From Planctomycetota bacterium (GTDB lineage: Bacteria; Planctomycetota; GCA-002687715; CAIWVZ01), in assembly GCA_044222185.1 (NCBI GenBank), contig JBGANV010000001.1:1888001-1952000 (forward strand): DNA of 64,000 nt, written 5' to 3'. Shown piece after piece: positions 18,806 to 26,416 of the stretch; positions within the stretch are counted from its first letter, which is position 1; each line of letters begins with the position of its first letter. The notes under the pieces are model-generated. The model made no database searches. It saw nothing but the letters and a program-made list of their open reading frames with translations, and was not told the DNA's origin. The position numbers and the translations under genes are program-made.

Positions 18806-19213
18806 TCAGGTGACGAAGACGACCAGGTAGCAACCAATGAGGAGGAGCGCCGCCACCACCGAGCTGACGACGAAGGCGAGGGGTACCGAATAATCCGTCG
18901 ATCGCCGCGGGAGCCGGGCCCTCACGAACTGGAACACGTGGGGGCCGATCCGGATCAAGTCGCCGGGCCTGAGGGCGATCTGTGAGACCGCCTGCTCATT
19001 GACGAAGGTGCCGCCCGCACTGGCCATGTCCACGAGTTTGTAGCCGCGACCCCAGGCCTGAAACCGCGCGTGCAGACGCGACACCGTGGAATCCTCGATG
19101 CGGATGTCCGCGCTGGGAGCGCGACCGACCTCAACGACCTGTCCTTCGAGAAGAGCGACGCGCGCCCCTTCAGGCGTGACGAGGGCAAACGGTTTCCGTC
19201 GAGGACGAGACAT
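18806..19213 (-). CDS. FHA domain protein with C-terminal TM anchor
   Basis: VGR, VSRLHA, DMASAGGTFVN, LRPGDLIRIG, then a C-terminal hydrophobic helix. Start trimmed to ATG 19213. Confidence 0.85.
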   Translation of the reverse strand: MSRPRRKPFALVTPEGARVALLEGQVVEVGRAPSADIRIEDSTVSRLHARFQAWGRGYKLVDMASAGGTFVNEQAVSQIALRPGDLIRIGPHVFQFVRARLPRRSTDYSVPLAFVVSSVVAALLLIGCYLVVFVT

Positions 19214-19347
19214 CGTTGGGCCGGTAAGCAAGCTGCGCGCCGTTGCCGCGGGGTCGTCCAGAGTTGGCAAACGGCCGGAAAAAGCCCGTGCGCGGTGTTT
19301 CTCGCGAGGTCGGCATCCGGCGCGTGTAAGGGCGGACTTACGCCGCG

Positions 19348-19905
19348 TTACGTGAGGTTCTCGACGACCGCGGTGGCCTGCAAGATCATGTGGTAGACGA
19401 GCAACCCGCCATAGAACCAGACGAGCACTCGGATTGCCGGTCGAACGAAGTTGAACGTCTTGTGGACCGCAAGGAACAGAAGGCAGACCGAGACCAGGAA
19501 CGACTTGGCGCCAACGAACCAATCGATTCCCGTCTCGAGGAGGTAGCGGGCGACCGGGTTCGCCTCCGACCCTCCGTACCCCAGGTAGAGCAGCGTCAGC
19601 CAGGCGTCCAGGATGTTCAGAACCAGGATCGCGATCACACCGGCCAGGTCGCGGGTTGCGTAGCGGTCGACGTAGATGTTCTGCCGTTCGCCGCTCCGGC
19701 GCCCGGCCATCCGGCCGCCCCCGATCAACGTGAACCAGGAAACGAGGGGGGTGGCTCGCAGACGGCGATCGCCGCCGCGCCGGCGCTCGACATACGGCCA
19801 GCTGCCGTAGGGCCCAAGCATCTGGGCCGCGTCGGACGGGCGGGACTCGGGGAACACCCGCCCCGGGTCCTGACCGTCAGCACCGTTCGTTTCTCCGAGC
19901 GTCAT
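19348..19905 (-). CDS. DUF5658-like membrane protein with N-terminal Arg-rich ERR/DRR motifs
   Basis: LNILDAWLTL, GGSEANPV, FVGAK, YHM pattern. N-terminal ERRRGGDRR and GRRSGE...YVDRY. True start probably ATG 19905. Confidence 0.75.
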   Translation of the reverse strand: MTLGETNGADGQDPGRVFPESRPSDAAQMLGPYGSWPYVERRRGGDRRLRATPLVSWFTLIGGGRMAGRRSGERQNIYVDRYATRDLAGVIAILVLNILDAWLTLLYLGYGGSEANPVARYLLETGIDWFVGAKSFLVSVCLLFLAVHKTFNFVRPAIRVLVWFYGGLLVYHMILQATAVVENLT

Positions 19906-20049
19906 CCGTTCTTGTCCTCGTCCGGGTGTTCGGTCGATCTGAAGGTTGGTTTTCTCACCTGCGGGGTCGAAAACGTCCCCCCTCGAAGCCAGTATGTCGA
20001 CCAGGAGCCTGACGGTCCCAGAACCGACTCCCGGAGGAATTGGACACCG

Positions 20050-21036
20050 ATGAGCGAACAGCCCGCCGTCGTCATCGTGGATTTTGACCGCAAGCGCCTC
20101 GACCGCCACACCCAAGCCCTGGCCGCAGCCGGGTGGAAGGTGGTGAGAGCGTTGTCCGGCGCGACCGCGGTGACTCACTGCAAGAAGTCCAAGCCGCTCG
20201 CCGTCGTCGCCGAGACCATGATCCCAGATGGAAATGGCTTCGAGCTCGCGCGCGGGTTGAAGGCGGACCCGGCCACGTCGGCGATCCGAATCCTCCTCAC
20301 CATGGACGAGGGCGACGACTACACGCTCGGTCGTGCCCAGCGCGAGCCGGTCGATGGAATCATGATCCGCCCTTTCACCCCCGAGGCGCTCGTGGCGCGA
20401 GTCCGCGCGCTCCAGGCGGATCAGCCACTGACGACGCCAGGTCGTCCGGTAGCCGGCGACATGGCGCCGATCCTCGACGCGCTCGAGACGCGCGCGAAGG
20501 CCGAGAACCCGCTCCTCCCCCAGTTGACCGACCCCGTCACGGGACTGTGGAACGCGCACTACACGAAGCTGAAGCTCGCGGAGGAATTCAAGAAGGCCCG
20601 GCGTTTCAACGTCCCGCTGTCGTTGGCCGTGATGGCGATCGACGACCTCGGTGCCGATGGCGGTGACGACGACATCGCACGCCGCCAGCTGCTGAACGAG
20701 GTGGCAGGGCTCCTTCTTTGCGAGTCCAGAGACATCGATCACCTGGCCCGAGTCGACGACGAGTTCCTTCTCCTCCTGCCCCACACGGACGAGCACGGAG
20801 CCATGGCCATGGCCACGCGGGTCGTCGCGGCCGTCGAAAAACGCCAGCTCACGCCGGGTGCCCGTACGCGGCCGCTGACCGCGTCCATCGGCATCGCCGG
20901 ATTCGGACCTGACGGATTGAGCGGTCCCGATGACCTCGTGAGCCGCTCGCGCGATGCGCTCCAAAGAGCGCGCCGCTTCGGTGGAAACCGCGTGGAGACG
21001 TGGGCAAAAGACGCCGAGCGATCCGTTCGCGCCTGA
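20050..21036 (+). CDS. Receiver + degenerate GGDEF protein (PleD/WspR-like architecture)
   Basis: REC-like N-terminus, TDPVTGLWN, SRDIDHLARVDDEF, LTASIGIA, ARRFGGNRV. GGAGGA SD before ATG 20050. Confidence 0.85.
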   Translation: MSEQPAVVIVDFDRKRLDRHTQALAAAGWKVVRALSGATAVTHCKKSKPLAVVAETMIPDGNGFELARGLKADPATSAIRILLTMDEGDDYTLGRAQREPVDGIMIRPFTPEALVARVRALQADQPLTTPGRPVAGDMAPILDALETRAKAENPLLPQLTDPVTGLWNAHYTKLKLAEEFKKARRFNVPLSLAVMAIDDLGADGGDDDIARRQLLNEVAGLLLCESRDIDHLARVDDEFLLLLPHTDEHGAMAMATRVVAAVEKRQLTPGARTRPLTASIGIAGFGPDGLSGPDDLVSRSRDALQRARRFGGNRVETWAKDAERSVRA

Positions 21037-21241
21037 CACTTTTCAGCGTTTTCTCGCGCCAATCACGGGCTGACCTTTTACAGCCCCGCCAGGCCTCCGT
21101 TGTTTACGGTGGGCATGTTTCCGGAGGGTCTCGCCGCGGCGACCGCGAGTGAGACTTCTGCGCGCGCTCGCGAAGCGGGTCTGGTTGGAACGAGCCGCCG
21201 CAGCACGCGCAGGTCACCGGGGACTGATTGGGAACCGAGAC

Positions 21242-21664
21242 ATGATGAACCTCAAACTCGCGCCGGCAGCGCTTGCGTTGACGATGGGCATCTTCGTGTC
21301 CGCGGGTGCGGACACCAGTTCGGACCACGCCGGCAAACTCGTCGTTCACAACAAATCGCGGATCTACCTGCCCGCGGCGTTCAACGAGACGCAGAGCTAC
21401 AAGAAACTGGCGATCGTGAACTCGCGAAAGGTGTTCGACACCACGGACGAGTACAAGGAGATCGCTCGCCGCAAGCTCTCGTCGAACACGGCCGAGTGGT
21501 GCCTGCTCGCAAAGGCCGCGTCGGACAAGTTCCGAGCCGCGGTGACGAAAGCCAGCCAGAGCGGCGGATACGATGTGGTCGCCGAAACGGGAGCCTTGAC
21601 GATTGAAGGTGAAACTCTCCCTGACATCACGTCCGATGTCATCGCTCAGCTCCCCAGTGAATGA
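21242..21664 (+). CDS. Small exported protein, OmpH/Skp-like with shortened coiled coil
   Basis: Signal peptide, LAIVNSRKVF at the start and GGYDVV...DITSDVIAQL at the end, matching Skp terminal motifs. Confidence 0.55.
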   Translation: MMNLKLAPAALALTMGIFVSAGADTSSDHAGKLVVHNKSRIYLPAAFNETQSYKKLAIVNSRKVFDTTDEYKEIARRKLSSNTAEWCLLAKAASDKFRAAVTKASQSGGYDVVAETGALTIEGETLPDITSDVIAQLPSE

Positions 21665-22949
21665 CGCTTCGATCCGCGGACGCGGCGTCACACTCCTGGG
21701 CGCCCTCACGCTCGCGGTGGCGTTCTCGAGCTGCGGTCGCGACGCTCAGCAGACCTACGACGCCATCTTCTCGGAGCCCGTCAAACTCAACTCGATCGAC
21801 CGACGTGAATTCCGACTGACGCAAGAGAGCGGTCGGTATCGGTACCCCGACGTCGACAACCCGGACGGAACGGTCACGCGCGTCCTCTGGCTCCAAAACG
21901 GCCAGAGCGCGGCGATCCTGGAGATGGCGAAGGGGCACCCGTCGCTCACGGCTCTGAAGCAGGCCACGCCGCGACCGAACTTCTTCACCGATCCGCTCGA
22001 CGGCAACAACAAGCCGACCAACGAAGGCCTCGTGCTCGTGGGCACGCGCGAGGCCGTCGAAGACGCGACGAAGCTGATCACGCACCTCCTCACGAGCCTG
22101 CCGTTGATCGAAATCGAGGCACGCATCGTCGAAGTCCGAGAGTCCGACGAGTTCGGGCTTGGTACGGACCTGTTCCTGCTCGATCGGAAGGACCACACCT
22201 ACGATCCCGCGCATCCCAACGCTCCCCTGAACCCGTCGACGTCGCTCCTCGATCGCGCTCGCACGACGCGAGGCCTGCCGGCCTTGCCTGGAAGCGGTGC
22301 GATTGCGCCCGGCGCCGCCCCCCTTCTCCTCGAGCTGGGCACGATCGAAGGGAACCTGCAGCTCGACTTCATGGTTCAGGCGCTGAAGATGTTCACGAAG
22401 ACGGACGTCCTCAGCGCGCCGCGCATCGCCGTACTGAACGGGTTCAAGGCCGAGTTCAACGCCGGCGAGGACGTGCCGATCCTCGAGCAGAACATCTTCG
22501 GAACCGTCGTCACCGTCAGCACGAAGTACCGGGACGTGGGAATCAAGCTCGTGGTGATCCCGTCACTCGTCTCGGCCGACACGATCCGGATGTCGGTGAA
22601 AACGTCCGTGCAGAACGTCACGGGAACCGTCGCCGTCTTCGCCGGGAGCACGTCCGTGCAGACGCCCGTGATCTCGCGCCGCGACGCCACGACGACGGTA
22701 GACGTCCACGATGGGGCAGCGGTCGTCATCGGAGGACTCTTCACCACGTCCAAGGCCGAGGCCCGGGACCGCGTCCCCGTACTGGGCGAGATCCCCATCC
22801 TGAACGTGTTGTTCTCCAGCACCCACACGGAGGACACCCGCACGAACCTCCTGTTCTTCATCCGCCCCCGGGTCATCTCCTCCGCAGGAGAGAGCGGAAC
22901 CGAGATCATCACACCGCCGCCTGAGACGCAGCCGAACGACGCGCGCTGA
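21657..22949 (+). CDS. Short type II secretion-type secretin (GspD/PilQ family), probable lipoprotein
   Basis: IEIEARIVEV, VLSAPRI, GEDVP, YRDVGIKLVVIP, VIGGL, RVPVLGEIPILNVLF, LLFFIRPRVI. Lipobox-like FSSC. Confidence 0.88.
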   Translation: MNDASIRGRGVTLLGALTLAVAFSSCGRDAQQTYDAIFSEPVKLNSIDRREFRLTQESGRYRYPDVDNPDGTVTRVLWLQNGQSAAILEMAKGHPSLTALKQATPRPNFFTDPLDGNNKPTNEGLVLVGTREAVEDATKLITHLLTSLPLIEIEARIVEVRESDEFGLGTDLFLLDRKDHTYDPAHPNAPLNPSTSLLDRARTTRGLPALPGSGAIAPGAAPLLLELGTIEGNLQLDFMVQALKMFTKTDVLSAPRIAVLNGFKAEFNAGEDVPILEQNIFGTVVTVSTKYRDVGIKLVVIPSLVSADTIRMSVKTSVQNVTGTVAVFAGSTSVQTPVISRRDATTTVDVHDGAAVVIGGLFTTSKAEARDRVPVLGEIPILNVLFSSTHTEDTRTNLLFFIRPRVISSAGESGTEIITPPPETQPNDAR

Positions 22950-23026
22950 CCCCGGGGAATACCTGCGGTATCCTGGTCGTCGTCCCAGGGGACGGAATTT
23001 CATCTCCGCCCCAAAGGCTCAAGCTG

Positions 23027-24274
23027 ATGAATCACGCGCTGCTCGCCGCGCGCCCCGGCCCTCGCCAGGGCGAGCGCGGCTCGATGATGCTGATGGCACT
23101 GATCGTGCTCACGCTGATGATCGTGCTCGTCTCCGACGTCAAGAACGTGGCTCGGATCGAATACGAGGCCAGCCTGAACGCGGCCAACGAGGTGAAGCTC
23201 ACGTACGCCCTGACGGGTGGCTACGAGATCGCCAAGGCCCACATCATTCAAGACAGCAAGGACACGGACATCGACAGCCTGTCCGACAGCTGGAATCAAC
23301 CGATCAAGCAGCAGTTCGCGCCCGATGCAAGCTCGAACGCGATCGGCGGCGTCAACAACGCCTACACGAGCTCGAAAGCGCCAGGCACCGTCGACGTCAC
23401 CATCGAGATCGAGGACGAGGACCGCAAATGGCCTCTCGGCTGGTTCGCACAGTCGGGGACGAACGATGCGGTGGTCAAGTTGCGCAAGCAGGGGCTGACG
23501 ACGGTCATCGACAGCTTTCGGGAGAACAACGGGCCGTACGACGTCGACTCCGCGACCGCGGAACGCATCGCCGACGCCATCGTCGCCTTCATGGGCCGCA
23601 AGCCGAACGAGAGTGACGGCGTAGTCCCGCGGCCGAACACGAAGTCCGACCTTCACATCCTGAACGTCGCGGATCTCGCGCTGATCAAGGAGGTCGACGA
23701 TCGGATCTTCTTCGACGAGGTCGACGACGAAGGCAACATCGTTCCCGGTCTCCTGCGGTACCTGACGATCAGCTCGGACCTCCAAGTGAACATCAACACG
23801 GCTCCGATCCCGGTCCTGCGCGGGATCTTCCGAAGCGAGGAAAAGGGCCGTGGGGACGACCTCTACAAGTACCGGACGGACGACCAGGACGAGAAGGCGA
23901 AGGACAAGAACGGCATCAGCGATCGTCTGCACAAGGACAAGCGCGGCACCGACAAGGAGGACGAGGACAGAACGGGTGGCGCGACGTTCCAGAAGGTGGA
24001 CGACGTGCAGAAGATCCCCACGTTCGCGGGGCGCGTGCTGGCTGAAGCGAAGCCCTTGATGACGGTGAACTCGAAATCGTTCTCGATCTGGGTCACGGCG
24101 CAGATCGGGAACATCCGACGCGTCAGGCACTGGATCGTGCGCCGCGAAGGTGCCCGGATCGTCCTCGTGCTTTCCGAGGGCATCGATCCGGACATTCGCC
24201 CGCGCTACCGCGAGCCGTCGGAAGAGGAGCTCCAACACGATCCCACGTTGAAGCGGGATCGCCACAAGCGCTGA
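23027..24274 (+). CDS. gspK: General secretion pathway minor pseudopilin GspK
   Basis: Prepilin-like ERG|SMMLMALIVL, DSLSDSW, IEDEDRK, IADAIV, VNINTAP, FQKVDDV, VNSKSFSI. Confidence 0.8.
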   Translation: MNHALLAARPGPRQGERGSMMLMALIVLTLMIVLVSDVKNVARIEYEASLNAANEVKLTYALTGGYEIAKAHIIQDSKDTDIDSLSDSWNQPIKQQFAPDASSNAIGGVNNAYTSSKAPGTVDVTIEIEDEDRKWPLGWFAQSGTNDAVVKLRKQGLTTVIDSFRENNGPYDVDSATAERIADAIVAFMGRKPNESDGVVPRPNTKSDLHILNVADLALIKEVDDRIFFDEVDDEGNIVPGLLRYLTISSDLQVNINTAPIPVLRGIFRSEEKGRGDDLYKYRTDDQDEKAKDKNGISDRLHKDKRGTDKEDEDRTGGATFQKVDDVQKIPTFAGRVLAEAKPLMTVNSKSFSIWVTAQIGNIRRVRHWIVRREGARIVLVLSEGIDPDIRPRYREPSEEELQHDPTLKRDRHKR

Positions 24275-24277
24275 CGA

Positions 24278-25381
24278 TCAGCGCTCTCGGCGGCCGCGGG
24301 TCGGCGCGGACGACGACGGGCCGCGCGAAGGGCCGCGCGACGGCCCGCCCTCGGGTCGGCGCGATGGGCCTCGGCCGACGCCGCGTCCCGCATCTCGTCC
24401 CGGCCCGGCCGTGCGGCCGCCTCGCTGCGCCGCCGGTTTCCGAGGTCCGGACTTCCGCGGCACCCCATCGAAGTCGCGCCCGATCGGCTTCGGCACGTCT
24501 CGGGACGACCGCAGCGGTGCCCGCCCACGGCGATCGGGTGGTCCGCTGCCGCGGTCTGCACGGTCGGCCTTCGCCTTGCGCCCCCAATCGGATGCCCGCG
24601 CCGATGGCTTCGGCGCCGCCTTGCGCTCGATCGGCGTCCGGATGAACCCCGGCGGGCCGTCCATCAATTGCTTGACCTCGTCGGGCGTCAGCGGCCGGGC
24701 ATGAGCCTTCTTCAGCTTCTCGGTGCCGACGTCGCCGATCCGGATGAGCACCATGCGCTGAACCGGACATTCGAGCTTCGACCACAAGCGGCGGAGTTGG
24801 TGGTGCTGTCGCTCGACGAGCGTGCACTTGAGCGTCGTCACCTCGCGCCCTGCGCGGATGAGCTGCACTTCCATCGGTGCCGTTCGCCCGTCGACGAGCC
24901 ACACGCCTTCACGGGCCTTGGCGATCGTTTCCTGCGATACCGTTCCGCGCAACTTGAGGAAGTAGGTGCGCGCGAGCCCACGCTTCCGCTCGAGAAGCCG
25001 GTTCGCGAAGGTCCCGTCGTTCGTGAGGATGACCAGGCCCTCCGCGTCCTGGTCCAGGCGCCCGACGGAAAAAAGACGTCGGTGGCGATGCTCGGGGACG
25101 AGGTCGAACACCGTCTTTCGGCCGAACTGATCCGCCGTCGTACAGAGGTATCGCCGAGGTTTGTAGACGAGCAGGTGTACCGGCTGCTGGGGGCGGATCC
25201 GCTCGCCGTCGACGCGCACGTCCTGCGTCGCGGCGTCGACCTTCACGCCCATCTCGGAGACGATGCGCCCGTCTACGCTCACCCGCCCCTCGCGAATGAG
25301 ATCCTCGCACTTGCGGCGGCTTGCGATCCCCGCTTGCGCGAGCACTTTGTGCAGCCGTTCCTCTTGCGTGTTGTCGGTCAT
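24278..25381 (-). CDS. rRNA pseudouridine synthase (RluB/RsuA family) with S4 domain and basic low-complexity tail
   Basis: ERLHKVLAQAGIASRRKCE S4 domain and VGRLDQDAEGL catalytic motif. Confidence 0.9.
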   Translation of the reverse strand: MTDNTQEERLHKVLAQAGIASRRKCEDLIREGRVSVDGRIVSEMGVKVDAATQDVRVDGERIRPQQPVHLLVYKPRRYLCTTADQFGRKTVFDLVPEHRHRRLFSVGRLDQDAEGLVILTNDGTFANRLLERKRGLARTYFLKLRGTVSQETIAKAREGVWLVDGRTAPMEVQLIRAGREVTTLKCTLVERQHHQLRRLWSKLECPVQRMVLIRIGDVGTEKLKKAHARPLTPDEVKQLMDGPPGFIRTPIERKAAPKPSARASDWGRKAKADRADRGSGPPDRRGRAPLRSSRDVPKPIGRDFDGVPRKSGPRKPAAQRGGRTAGPGRDAGRGVGRGPSRRPEGGPSRGPSRGPSSSAPTRGRRER

Positions 25382-25414
25382 CGTCGGTTCTTTTCGCAGT
25401 GATGGTTCGGCGAC

Positions 25415-26416
25415 TCAGCGACGCGGCCCCATGTGACGGGCGGGACGCGTCACGACGAGTTCGAGGCCATCGCCGTCGATCTCGATCATGGATGCGCCCC
25501 GGGGAACCACACAACTGAGGCCACGAACGAGCGGGACGGGCGATTCGCCCGGTGCGCCGAGGGTCCCCGCCCCTCCGACGCACGTGATGAGGAGCATGTC
25601 GCGGACGTGGATGATGGCGCGCTCCGTCGGTTGCCACCAGTCGACAAGGAAGTGCGGCGTCGACAACAGCGTCTTCATCCCCGCGGCACTCACCGGCGCG
25701 TCGCCCACGCGGATTCGAACGCCGTCCATCCCCGGACGGGCCACGGCCCGGGCTTTTTCCAGGTGAAGGACGCGTGGCTTGCCGTCGAGCCCCACGCGAC
25801 CCCAATCGAAGATCCGATAGGTCAGATCGCTCGGCTGTTGCACCTCGTAGAGGACCAACCCGCCGCCGGGTGCATGGACGACGCCCGGCGGAATCTCGAT
25901 TACGTCGCCCCGCTGGACGTCGTGCCTGCGGAGCATCGCCTCGATGGCCACGAGGTCGGCCGAAGCCGCAGCGGCGAAGAACTCGTCGACCGAGACTCCG
26001 TCGGCGAGGCCGGCGAACAGGTGCGCACCCGGCATCGCGTCCAGGATGACCCAGGCCTCGTGTTTGCCGAAGGCGTTCGGGCCTTCGAGGCGGCGCGCTT
26101 GTTCATCGCTCGGGTGCACCTGCACCGAGAGTCGCGAGGACGCCGCAAGGAGCTTGACGAGGAGCGGGAACTCGGCGCCGGGCTGGGCTTCGGGGCCGAG
26201 GAACCATCCTTCCGCCGCCGAGAATTCCTCGCGCAGGCTCGTCGGACTCCCCCGGGTGCCGCTCTCGCGCCCCGCGATGCACGAGATCTCCCAGGACTCG
26301 CCAAGCGAGACGTCCGGAGGTGCGAGCTTCCCGTACCGCTTCTGGAGATCGCGCCCCCCCCAGACGACGGGAGGCAGGAGCCACGGATCCATGGCGTAGA
26401 CGGTGCGGCGGGCCAT
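25415..26416 (-). CDS. manA: Mannose-6-phosphate isomerase, type I
   Basis: VWGG, GESWE, FPLLVK, LSVQVHP, GKHEAW, GVVHA, EVQQPSDLTYRIFDW. Confidence 0.88.
   Translation of the reverse strand: MARRTVYAMDPWLLPPVVWGGRDLQKRYGKLAPPDVSLGESWEISCIAGRESGTRGSPTSLREEFSAAEGWFLGPEAQPGAEFPLLVKLLAASSRLSVQVHPSDEQARRLEGPNAFGKHEAWVILDAMPGAHLFAGLADGVSVDEFFAAAASADLVAIEAMLRRHDVQRGDVIEIPPGVVHAPGGGLVLYEVQQPSDLTYRIFDWGRVGLDGKPRVLHLEKARAVARPGMDGVRIRVGDAPVSAAGMKTLLSTPHFLVDWWQPTERAIIHVRDMLLITCVGGAGTLGAPGESPVPLVRGLSCVVPRGASMIEIDGDGLELVVTRPARHMGPRR

Noticed and set aside
19906-21039. Long overlapping antisense ORFs (19348..21039 minus and 19390..21036 plus)
   Set aside because: Each is a real short gene plus a shadow extension across its divergent neighbour.
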